Assembly (NCBI GenBank): GCA_035637095.1
Contig: DASPXX010000345.1
Location: 1,660 to 65,659 of the forward strand
Direction: 5' to 3'
Length of the DNA stretch: 64,000 nt
DNA from: Thermoanaerobaculia bacterium
GTDB lineage: Bacteria > Acidobacteriota > Thermoanaerobaculia > Multivoradales > UBA5704
Every line of letters starts with the position of its first letter. Within the stretch, counting starts at the first letter, position 1. The notes beneath the pieces are model-generated. The model did not search any database. It was not told the origin of the DNA and saw only the letters and a program-made list of their open reading frames with translations. Position numbers and translations under genes: made by a program. This document shows positions 34,268-42,292 of the stretch, piece after piece.

Positions 34268-34483
34268 ATGAGCTCCTTCCGCGGCGGCCGGCTGGCCGGC
34301 CTTGCCCTGCCGGTCAGCTCGGTCTGGCTGTTGACCGACGTCGCCGAGGCGAAGGGCCGGCAGGACCTCTACGCCCGGCAGGCGCCCCAGCTCCTGGCGC
34401 CGCGTCCTCCGGCGGCTCCAGCACGACGGCAGGGTCGAGTGCATTGGGTGGGGGCCGGGAGCGCGGTGGCGGCGGAGAGAATA
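34268..34483 (+). pseudogene. Fic/DOC-family gene remnant (N- and C-termini only; catalytic core deleted)
   Basis: The N-terminus MSSFRGGRLAGLALPVSSVWLLTDVAEAKGRQDLYARQAPQLL resembles Fic N-terminal domains. In a different frame, VLRRLQHDGRVECIGWGPGARWRRRE* resembles the C-terminal winged helix. No HPFxxGNGR core is present. Confidence 0.45.
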
Positions 34484-34507
34484 AACCATATATTCACTCT
34501 CCTCACT

Positions 34508-34948
34508 TCAGAAGAGCTCCTCGGCCAGCGCGACGATGATGCCCGCAGGGCCTCGCATGTAGCAGAGTCTGTACTTGTCCTCGTACTGGACCACCTCGCC
34601 GACGAGCTCGGCGCCGTTGGCGCGCAGGCGAGCGACAGTGTCGTCGACGCTTTCGACTGTAAACATGACGCTCCGGAGGCCCAGCGCGTTCGGCGGTGCG
34701 ATCGCCGGTTCGATCTCGACCAGTTTTGGATTGCGAAACTTCGTCAACTCGAGCCGCCCGTGCCCATCTGGGGTCCGCATCATAACGATGTCGACTTGGA
34801 CCCTTTCGAGCCCGTTGACGCGGTCCACCCACGGGCCCTCGACCGGCGCCTCGCCTTCGAGCGTCATGCCGAGCGCGGTGAAAAAAGCGATAGCGCCTGC
34901 AAGGTCGTCGACGACGACGCTGACGTGGTCCAATCTCTTGATCGTCAT
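34508..34948 (-). CDS. VOC/glyoxalase-family protein
   Basis: Trimmed to MTIKRLDHVSVVVDDLAGAIAFFTALGM. 146 aa. Confidence 0.8.
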   Translation of the reverse strand: MTIKRLDHVSVVVDDLAGAIAFFTALGMTLEGEAPVEGPWVDRVNGLERVQVDIVMMRTPDGHGRLELTKFRNPKLVEIEPAIAPPNALGLRSVMFTVESVDDTVARLRANGAELVGEVVQYEDKYRLCYMRGPAGIIVALAEELF

Positions 34949-35071
34949 GTACCTAGTATAGCAGAGGCCGTGCGCGGCGGCCCAGGCCGACCGTTCTCGC
35001 GAGTTGGACGTGGTTAGCCGCAATACCGTTCGCTTTGCTGGTTACGCTTGGTTCTTCGGGTGTACCAACAT

Positions 35072-35693
35072 GTCGCAATCCCACCGTACAGATCAGGGAA
35101 GTTTGCGAAGTGCCGGACTGTCCGGCCCAACGGGCCGGGAGAGCCAAGCCCAGGGCATCGAGGCCGCAGGCCGATGCCCTGGGTCAAAAGGCCCCCGCAT
35201 TCCTACGGCCTGAAAGGCCGGGAGAACCTGAACGAAATCGGTAAAATCTCTCGCGACCTTTCAGGCCGCTATCATTGATCGGCTTTCTCTCCCAGGGTGT
35301 CGGCCTACGGCCTCGACCCTGGGCTCCGTTCTCTCGGCCCGTTGGGCCGATTCCTGCCCCCCCACCGTACAGATCAGGGAAGTGGAAGTTCCAAGGGACC
35401 AGGCGGTCTGGCGGCCCACCGGCATGAACCCGTCGCAATCCTACCGTACAGATCAGGGAAGTTCCAAGCAATTCTCTTCAGTATGGACACAACGAGCGCT
35501 CAGAAGTCGCAATCCCACCGTACAGATCAGGGAAGTTCCAAGTGAGACAGAAGCTGTTGGGAATCGTCGCCTTCCTGAAGAAGTCGCAATCCCACCGTAC
35601 AGATCAGGGAAGTTCCAAGAGGTTGAGGCGTTTATCATCAACGATGGCGGAGGTATGTCGCAATCCCACCGTACAGATCAGGGAAGTTCCAAG
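35072..35693 (-). CRISPR. CRISPR array 2 (same repeat as array 1; 6 repeats, one pair interrupted)
   Basis: Repeats: 35072-35103 (truncated after GGAAGTT), 35361-35395 (lacks the first 8 nt and has a 6-nt GGAAGT duplication), 35432-35468 (1 mismatch), then 35506-35542, 35583-35619 and 35657-35693 (all exact). Spacers are 36-40 nt. The leader is on the right. Confidence 0.85.
35104..35360. mobile_element. MITE-like element with about 32-bp terminal inverted repeats, inserted in a CRISPR repeat
   Basis: TIRs: 35124-35155 (GGCCCAACGGGCCGGGAGAGCCAAGCCCAGGG) and 35317-35348 (reverse complement GGCCCAACGGGCCGAGAGAACGGAGCCCAGGG). There are several internal hairpins and no ORF. Confidence 0.5.
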
Positions 35694-35910
35694 GGCGACC
35701 GCGCCAACCCGCTGAGTCTACAGGCACTTAAGTTGGGCCTTTTTACGACCCGGCCCGAAAGCCGTCTCTGCTTCTCGTTTTCCACAGCCTTGCAGCTCAC
35801 CTCCTCTCGGGCAACCCACTGAAAACCAGGCACTTCCGGCATTTTTACGATCCCCCGTCAAAATGGCACTTTGGGGCTGGCATGCTTTTTGTCTGGCATG
35901 TCATTTGCTT
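35694..35910 (-). promoter_or_regulatory. CRISPR leader 2 (conserved with 14505..14722)
   Basis: Aligns end to end with leader 1, including the terminal -24/-12 motif. Confidence 0.6.
35894..35909 (+). promoter_or_regulatory. Sigma-54-type -24/-12 motif, paralogue of 14706
   Basis: TGGCATGtcatTTGCT. Confidence 0.4.
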
Positions 35911-35984
35911 GGGATCAGTGCCACGGTATGGGTCGGACAGTGAGGAACACAGAAGTAATTCTTATCTTCTCCCGCCTCCTGCTG

Positions 35985-36070
35985 GACCGCGAACCCGATC
36001 CAATCACCGCTCACGCGGCGCTCGGCATCCAGCGCGCGATTCCATCCGACGACCCTACCATAACGACCTG
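35985..36070 (+). pseudogene. Fragment of an ADOP-type permease paralogue
   Basis: 36015-36040 is identical (26/26 nt) to 13307-13332 inside the intact ADOP gene. It translates to ...[14 protein letters not shown]... against [14 protein letters not shown]. Confidence 0.4.
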
Positions 36071-36122
36071 GGCAGGCTCCGGCACAGGACGATGATCCGA
36101 TTCCGGCGGCCAAGAACATCGA

Positions 36123-36159
36123 GTCGCAATCCCACAGTACAGATCAGGGCAGTTCCAAG
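36123..36159 (-). repeat. Solitary degenerate CRISPR repeat about 430 nt beyond leader 2
   Basis: GTCGCAATCCCACAGTACAGATCAGGGCAGTTCCAAG has 2 mismatches to the consensus and no neighbouring repeat. Confidence 0.7.
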
Positions 36160-36192
36160 TCAGCGGCAAGTACTTCCCATGTCGCGAAATGG

Positions 36193-36214
36193 AAAAAAAG
36201 GCCCGCGGCCCGCC
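36193..36214 (-). terminator. Possible weak minus-strand terminator (GC stem plus T7)
   Basis: The minus strand reads GGCGGGCCGCGGGCC followed by TTTTTTT. The stem is only 4-5 bp. Confidence 0.3.
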
Positions 36215-36256
36215 TTCTGGGGGAGGCGGAGCCGCGAGGGGCTCGGTGTGCCTGGT

Positions 36257-36410
36257 CCCGGCGAGGCGCCGGGCTCGTCGCGTTCTTGCTTCAGTTTTCA
36301 AAGAGCGCAGGGGATCGGGCGCGGCCTGACCCCTTTGCCTTCTCTAGACACAGGTTGCCGGCGGATTGTTGGACGCGGCCGAATCTTTCCTCGGCAGGGC
36401 GGCCATCGCC
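36257..36410. other. 153-nt conserved non-coding block, copy 2
   Basis: Paralogue of 14823..14976. Confidence 0.5.
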
Positions 36411-36432
36411 CCCGGCGCGTGCCTGGTTCCCC

Positions 36433-36832
36433 TCCGCACGGCGTTCACAGGCCCCGCGACGTGCGCTGCTCCCCTCGCAAGGGCGGCGAGCCCCCTCGGG
36501 ACGTGCGCTGGTCCCCTCGCGAGGGCGACGGCTGCCCTCGCGACGTGCGCCATCGCCCTCGGGACGGCGATGACTCCCCTCGGCACGGCGGCATTCCCCC
36601 TCGCGAGGGCAGCGACGCCCCCCGCGGGGGGAGAGACCGCCCTCCGGAGGGGAGTGACTCCCCCGGCGGGGGGAGTGGCTGCCCCCGGGAGGGGGATGAC
36701 CGCCGTCGCGGGGGCCGTGGTTCCCCTCGCGAGGGAAGTGGTTGCCCTTGCAGGGGCTGCGGCTCCCCTCGCGGGGGGAGAGGCTCCCCTTCCGGGGGAA
36801 ATCGTTCCCCTCTGAAGGGGAGAGGCTGCCGC
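36433..36832. repeat. 21-bp phased minisatellite, copy 2 (about 19 units of CCCC-N-GGGG mini-palindromes)
   Basis: The C-run/T junction falls at 36433+21n (36475, 36496, 36517, 36538, 36559, 36580, 36601, 36643, 36706, 36727, 36748, 36769, 36790, 36811). Example units: CCCTCGCGAGGG, CCCCCCGCGGGGGG, CCCTCCGGAGGG, CCCCTctgaAGGGG. Confidence 0.85.
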
Positions 36833-37164
36833 ACATATCGCAACCATAGTGCTCTCAAGCAAGCCTTCCTCTGAATACAGACTCTCGTGAATCATCCGTT
36901 CGATCATTTCAAAGACCCCCTTGACATCAATACAACAGCCAGGCCAGTATACACGCCGCCGGGAGGAGACGGAAGTCTCGCTCGACGGCGGGGTGCCATG
37001 GAGGCACTCCGTTCAACGGACCCAGGAGGTTCGCCATGAAGAGGCAACACAACGGCATCCGCCGGCCCGGGGCTCTGCGCCTCGGGCCATCCATCAACCC
37101 GTGGCGCGGTGGACGGGACCACCACGCCTGAGGTCGGACTCAACCCCGAGAAAGGAGAGGGACC

Positions 37165-37560
37165 ATGCCCAACAACTCGTCCCGCGCCGATACGGTGGTG
37201 GGCGCCGAGGATCTGCTGGCGGCGGTGGATGGCAATCCCGGGTTGCTGCCGGACATCGGCCGGCACCGGGATCCGGTGGTCGATGCGCTGTCGGAGGTGA
37301 AGTCGCTGAGCATCCAGCAGCAGGCGCTCACGGCGGATCGGCAGAGTGTGACGCAGAAGCTCAAGGCGGCGACCCGCAAGCTCAAGGATCTGACGATGCA
37401 CCTGCGGGCGGCCGTGCGGGCCGACATCGGCATGCGCAATGAGAAGCTCGTGCAGTTCGATGTGGCGCCGCTGCGTCCGCGCCCGCGCAAGCCGAAGCCG
37501 GCTGAGCCCGAGGCTGCGAAGTCGCCCGAGGCCGGGGCGGCGAAGCCGGCCGAGCCGTGA
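37165..37560 (+). CDS. Hypothetical coiled-coil protein with Pro/Lys/Ala-rich tail
   Basis: GAAAGGAGAGGG SD and strong GC3 bias. I recognised no family. Confidence 0.65.
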   Translation: MPNNSSRADTVVGAEDLLAAVDGNPGLLPDIGRHRDPVVDALSEVKSLSIQQQALTADRQSVTQKLKAATRKLKDLTMHLRAAVRADIGMRNEKLVQFDVAPLRPRPRKPKPAEPEAAKSPEAGAAKPAEP

Positions 37561-37742
37561 GATGAGACGTAGGGTGTAGGTTTCGAAGTCTGGTGCTCAT
37601 GCAGTCCTTCGGGGGGCGGTTGGACGAGCCCCCCGGTTTTGGCCTTCTTCCTTGCGCTGGGGCCGAGGGCGCGGTGGCGGAGGAGGGGGTAAACCCGATA
37701 TCCTCCCGCCGCTGCTGGAGCGCAAACCCGGAGGGAGAGGCC

Positions 37743-38489
37743 ATGGAACTGCATCGCCGCGTCATCGATGGATGGTATAGCCCGAGCCTCGGGCAAGACA
37801 TGCCGATCGTGTCCTATGGGCACTGGGGACACCCGATCCTCCTCTTCCCCACCGCCGCGGCGGACTTCCTGGAGAACGAGCGGTTTGGCCTCGTCGGCGC
37901 CGTCGCAGACAGGATCAACGACGGGCGGATCCGCGTCTTCTCGATCAACAGCATCAACAACCAGTCGTGGATGGACCAGGGCCTCCCCGTCCCTGAGAAG
38001 GCCCGGCGCCAGGCGCTCTACGACCGCTACATCGAGGACGAGGTCGTGCCCTACATCCGCACGGCCTGCCAGACCGCCGACCTGCGTATCGCGACGGCCG
38101 GAGCGAGCTTCGGCGCCTTCCATGCCGCCAACACGCTGTTCCGCCGGCCCGACCTCTTCGACGCCGTCATCGCAATGAGCGGCTTCTACGACCTGTCGTC
38201 CGACTACCTCCACGGCTACAGCGACGACAACGTCTACTTCAACAACCCGGCCTGGTACCTGCCCAACCTGGAGGGGCACAACCTCCATCTGCTCCGCAAC
38301 CACTGCAAGATCCACATCCTGACCGGCCAGGGAGCCTACGAGGCGCCCCACGCCTCCCGGCAGCTCTCGGACATCCTCTACAGCAAAGGCATCTCCCACT
38401 TCCTCGACCTCTGGGGGCACGACGTCGACCACGACTGGCCGTGGTGGCTGAAGATGCTCCCCTACTCGGTCGACTTGATGGGGTGGTGA
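37743..38489 (+). CDS. Esterase-family alpha/beta hydrolase (esterase D / enterochelin-esterase-like)
   Basis: Trimmed to MELHRRVIDGW (GGAGGGAGAGG SD). The serine motif is GASFGAFHA. Confidence 0.7.
   Translation: MELHRRVIDGWYSPSLGQDMPIVSYGHWGHPILLFPTAAADFLENERFGLVGAVADRINDGRIRVFSINSINNQSWMDQGLPVPEKARRQALYDRYIEDEVVPYIRTACQTADLRIATAGASFGAFHAANTLFRRPDLFDAVIAMSGFYDLSSDYLHGYSDDNVYFNNPAWYLPNLEGHNLHLLRNHCKIHILTGQGAYEAPHASRQLSDILYSKGISHFLDLWGHDVDHDWPWWLKMLPYSVDLMGW
38456..38489 (+). repeat. Direct repeat A (3' end of the esterase gene)
   Basis: GCTCCCCTACTCGGTCGACTTGATGGGGTGGTGA. 31/34 positions are identical to 38909..38942. Confidence 0.85.
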
Positions 38490-38530
38490 GGGGCGGCGGG
38501 TCCTGCGCCGGTGCGGAGTCATGAGATAGA

Positions 38531-38902
38531 ATGTCTTCGGGAGGATTCATGGGCATTACCTTCATCGACGGAGAGGTGAAAGGTCCCACCGGCACCACGG
38601 CGACCGTCCACTTTCTGGTCGACAGCGGTGCGACCTATTCGCTCCTGGCCAAAGATACCTGGCAAGCTTTGGGACTCCAGCCCAAGCGGTCCGCATCCTT
38701 TTCGCTCGCCGACGGAACGCGGATCGAGCGTCAGATCTCCGAATGCCATCTCACCCTGCCCCAAGGGGAGGGGCACACGCCCGTGATCCTCGGTGAGGAG
38801 GGGGATGAGCCACTGCTCGGTGCCGTGACCCTGGAAATCCTTGGGCTGGTGCTGAACCCGTTCAACCGCACTCTGCAGCCGATGCGGATGATGCTGGTTT
38901 AG
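38531..38902 (+). CDS. Retropepsin-like (clan AA) aspartyl protease
   Basis: FLVDSGATYSLL active-site motif and ...EPLLGAVTLEILGL. 123 aa; the start could be 38549. Confidence 0.7.
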   Translation: MSSGGFMGITFIDGEVKGPTGTTATVHFLVDSGATYSLLAKDTWQALGLQPKRSASFSLADGTRIERQISECHLTLPQGEGHTPVILGEEGDEPLLGAVTLEILGLVLNPFNRTLQPMRMMLV

Positions 38903-38908
38903 GGGAGG

Positions 38909-38942
38909 GCTCCCCTACTCGGTCGACCTCATGGGTTGGTGA
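38909..38942 (+). repeat. Direct repeat B (orphan copy of the esterase 3' end)
   Basis: GCTCCCCTACTCGGTCGACCTCATGGGTTGGTGA still reads LPYSVDLMGW*. All 3 differences from repeat A are synonymous. Confidence 0.85.
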
Positions 38943-38943
38943 A

Positions 38944-39360
38944 TCAGCGAATGAAGCGTATGGGGCAGACGTTCGCTTCGGCGATCGGGTCAAGCTCGTG
39001 GTGGTCGCTCGTCACCAGAGCACCACTCTCCTGAATCGTCAGCGCGAGGGCGAAGCAGTCTGCCAGAGAAACCCTTCGCCACTGAGCCTTGAGCTGGCCG
39101 GCAGCCTTCCAGAGGCTCGGAGGCAGCCGATCGAGAAGCATGAGATTGTATTCGGCGAAAATCGAAACGAGACTCTCCGCATCCTCCTCGTTCCCGCGGC
39201 GGCGGAGGTCGTAATAAATCTCGCACGCACTGATCGCGGAGATGAGGCAGTGATTGTTGGGCTCCAGCAGCATCTCCTCAACGATCTCGGCCCCAGGCTC
39301 GTCCTCCAGAAGAGCAATGAACGCACAAGCATCCACGACATAGACAGGCTCAACGACCAA
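38944..39360 (-). CDS. vapC: VapC toxin (PIN domain)
   Basis: TTG start at 39360 overlaps the antitoxin stop. Motifs: VYVVDACAFIALL..., ...SAISACEIYY..., ...LVTSDHHELD. Confidence 0.75.
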   Translation of the reverse strand: MVVEPVYVVDACAFIALLEDEPGAEIVEEMLLEPNNHCLISAISACEIYYDLRRRGNEEDAESLVSIFAEYNLMLLDRLPPSLWKAAGQLKAQWRRVSLADCFALALTIQESGALVTSDHHELDPIAEANVCPIRFIR

Positions 39361-39688
39361 GCGTCCGCTCCTCGATCTCGATCTCCTCTTGCTTGCGCTT
39401 CGCAAACTCCTCGCTTCCTGACGTCAACCCGCGGCCGGCGCCCCTCAGGCGCCGCAAGCGGGCACGACGCTCGTCCACGGTCAGATCCCGGAACGACCTC
39501 GGGTCTTCAGCCAGCTCAGCGGCGAGGGACGCCAAGCGACCCCGCCCTTCCGGGATCGCGTCAGCTCGCTCCTCCCGGTGCGGCACGAGCACGATCAGCT
39601 CTACCGGTCCAGCAGGGACCGTGTCCGGGAGCTCGATCGTCATCCGATGATCCTCGGAAACTACGCCATGAATTCGATGTGCCTGCAT
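39350..39688 (-). CDS. Type II antitoxin (AF2212/DUF104-like N-terminus)
   Basis: MQAHRIHGVVSEDHRMTIELPDTVPAGPVELIVLVP followed by a charged tail. It overlaps the vapC start. Confidence 0.6.
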   Translation of the reverse strand: MQAHRIHGVVSEDHRMTIELPDTVPAGPVELIVLVPHREERADAIPEGRGRLASLAAELAEDPRSFRDLTVDERRARLRRLRGAGRGLTSGSEEFAKRKQEEIEIEERTLGR

Positions 39689-39829
39689 CGCGAGCTTTCT
39701 CCTCATCCTGCGGATCTAGTATAGCGGCTTGAGAGGTGGACCGAGACGCCACTCCCGAAAGCCTCGGGCGCGTCCCCGGCGCCAACGCCCGAGGAGTACA
39801 ATACCCCTCCCTCTCCAGGGAGGTTCGTC

Positions 39830-42292
39830 ATGCAAGTGATGAAATTCGGCGGAACGTCGGTCGGCAGCGCGGAGCGCATGCGCGGCGTGGTCCGGCTGGT
39901 GGACCGGGCGCTGGCCGAAAGCCGCGTGCTGGTGGTGGCTTCGGCGGTCGCGGGGGTCACCAATTTGCTCCTCGACGGCGCCCAGGCCGCGGCGGACCTC
40001 GGGGAGACCGCGGCGGCTTCCGAACGGTTCCGCAGGGTCCACCAGACCGTCTTCGCGGAGCTCTCGACCGATCTCGTCCCCGTGATCCGCGAAGGGGTCG
40101 GCGGGGCTCTGGAAGATCTCGCCGCCGAGCTCGACAACCTCCTCCACGGCGTTTCTCTCCTGCGCGAGTGCTCGCCTCTGATCCTGGCTCATCTCTCGGG
40201 GATCGGCGAGCGGGCCTCGTGCGTCCTTCTTTCGGGCCTGTTCCGTTCCGCCGGCTGGCCGGTGGTCGATCTCGATGCGCGCGAGGTGATCGCCTGCACC
40301 GGCAATCCTCTGGAGGCGACACCGCTGCCGGCCGAGATCCGCGAGCGGTTCCGCCCGTTCCGCGAAGGGTCCGGTCCTCTCGCGCTCCTGCCGGGCTTCT
40401 TCGGCGGCGACCGCCGGGGCAAGACCCTGTCGCTGGGGCGTGGGGGCTCCGATTACTCGGCGGCTCTCGCCGCGGCGGCTCTCGATGCCGACCTCCTGGA
40501 GATCTGGACGGACGTGGACGGCGTCTACACGGCCGATCCGCGCGGGGTGCCCGAGGCGCTGCCCGTTCCCGAGATGAGCTTCGAGGAGGCCATGGAGCTC
40601 TCCCATTTCGGCGCCAAGGTGCTCCACCCCAAGACCATCGCACCAGTCCGCGAGCGCGGCATCCCGGTGCGGGTTCGCGACTCGTTCCATCCCGAGCGGC
40701 CCGGGACGTTGATCCGCGCCCGTGCGGAGGCGCCCCTGCACGGCGTGCGCGGCATCTCGTTCCTCTCCGATCTGGCTCTCCTCAACATCACCGGTCCGGG
40801 CATGCCCGGCGTGCCGGGGGTCGCGGCCCGCGTCTTCGGTGCCCTGGCGGCGCGCGACGTCTCGGTCGTCCTGATCAGCCAGGCGTCCAGCGAGTGCGCC
40901 ATCTCGCTCTGCGTCCGCGAGCGGGACACGGAGGCGGCCGTGGAAGCCCTCCACAGCGCGTTCGAGGCCGAGATCGCCAGCGGCCGGGTCGATGCGGTCG
41001 AGGTGCGGAGCGGTCTGGCCGCGCTCTCCGTGGTGGGCGACAGCCTGCAGCAGCGGATCGGCGCCGCCGGGACCTTCTTCGGCGCGCTCGGCGCCGTGCA
41101 GAGCAACGTGGTGGCGATCGCGCAAGGATCGAGCGAGCGGACCATCTCGGCGGTGATCTCCGCGGGGGACGCCCGGCGGGCCCTGCATCACGTCCACCAC
41201 TGCTTCTTCGATACGCCGGAGATCCTGGAGATCTATCTGCTCGGCGTGGGCACGGTGGGCCGCAAGCTTCTCCTCCAGATGGAACGGCAGAGCGCCGCGC
41301 TGCACCGGCAGAACCTGGACCTCCGGCTGTGCGGCGTCGCGAGCTCGCGGCGGATGCTGCTCGCTCCGGAAGGGATCGCGCCGGGACGAGCACTCGCCGC
41401 GCTCGCCGACGACCAGGGCGTCGAGCCACCCGATCTCGACCGTCTCGTGGGGCTCCTGCGCAGCCGCCGCCCGACCCAGCCGGTGCTGGTGGACTGCACG
41501 TCGTCCGACGACCTCGCCGCGGCCTATCCGCGGCTCCTGGCGGCGGGCTTCCACATCGTGACCGCGAGCAAGAAGGCCAACAGCGGCTCCCTGGAGCTCT
41601 ATCGCTCGGTACGCGCCGCGGCGTCGCGCCACCGCCGGCGCTTCCGCTACGAGACCAACGTGGGCGCCGGCCTGCCGGTCATCGACACGGTGCGCAACCT
41701 GATGGCCGGCGGCGACCGGCTGGTCCGCTTCGAGGGGGTCCTGTCGGGGTCGCTGTCGTTCATCTTCGGTCTGCTCGAAGAGGGCACCCCGTTCAGCCAG
41801 GCGGTGCGGACCGCGCGCGAGCGTGGGTTCACGGAGCCCGATCCGCGCGACGACCTCTCCGGCGTGGACGTGGCGCGCAAGGTCCTCATTCTGCACCGGG
41901 AGCTCGGCGGCGAGGCCGAGCCGGCCGACGTGGTGATCGAGGGAGCCCTGCCGCCGGATTTCGAAGCCTCAGGGGATGTCGAGACATTCCTCGCCCGGCT
42001 TCCGGACCTGGACGCCAGGTTCGCGGACCGCGTCCAAGGTCTGGCGGCGCGGGGAGAGGTGATGCGCTTCGTCGGCTCGATCGAGGAGGGCGTCTGCCAT
42101 GCCGGCGTGCGTGCCGTGGGAGCCGATCACCCCCTGCGGGCGATCCGCGGCGGCGAGAACGCGTTCAGCTTCCTGACCGAGCACTACCAGCCGCGCCCGC
42201 TCCTCGTCCAGGGATATGGAGCGGGGCCGGAGGTCACGGCCTCCGGCGTGCTCGCCGATCTCCTGAAGATCGCGACGCGAGGAAGTCTGTGA
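39830..42292 (+). CDS. thrA: Bifunctional aspartokinase / homoserine dehydrogenase
   Basis: [12 protein letters not shown]... (aspartokinase), ACT regions, then a homoserine dehydrogenase domain ([12 protein letters not shown]...). 820 aa. Confidence 0.9.
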   Translation: MQVMKFGGTSVGSAERMRGVVRLVDRALAESRVLVVASAVAGVTNLLLDGAQAAADLGETAAASERFRRVHQTVFAELSTDLVPVIREGVGGALEDLAAELDNLLHGVSLLRECSPLILAHLSGIGERASCVLLSGLFRSAGWPVVDLDAREVIACTGNPLEATPLPAEIRERFRPFREGSGPLALLPGFFGGDRRGKTLSLGRGGSDYSAALAAAALDADLLEIWTDVDGVYTADPRGVPEALPVPEMSFEEAMELSHFGAKVLHPKTIAPVRERGIPVRVRDSFHPERPGTLIRARAEAPLHGVRGISFLSDLALLNITGPGMPGVPGVAARVFGALAARDVSVVLISQASSECAISLCVRERDTEAAVEALHSAFEAEIASGRVDAVEVRSGLAALSVVGDSLQQRIGAAGTFFGALGAVQSNVVAIAQGSSERTISAVISAGDARRALHHVHHCFFDTPEILEIYLLGVGTVGRKLLLQMERQSAALHRQNLDLRLCGVASSRRMLLAPEGIAPGRALAALADDQGVEPPDLDRLVGLLRSRRPTQPVLVDCTSSDDLAAAYPRLLAAGFHIVTASKKANSGSLELYRSVRAAASRHRRRFRYETNVGAGLPVIDTVRNLMAGGDRLVRFEGVLSGSLSFIFGLLEEGTPFSQAVRTARERGFTEPDPRDDLSGVDVARKVLILHRELGGEAEPADVVIEGALPPDFEASGDVETFLARLPDLDARFADRVQGLAARGEVMRFVGSIEEGVCHAGVRAVGADHPLRAIRGGENAFSFLTEHYQPRPLLVQGYGAGPEVTASGVLADLLKIATRGSL

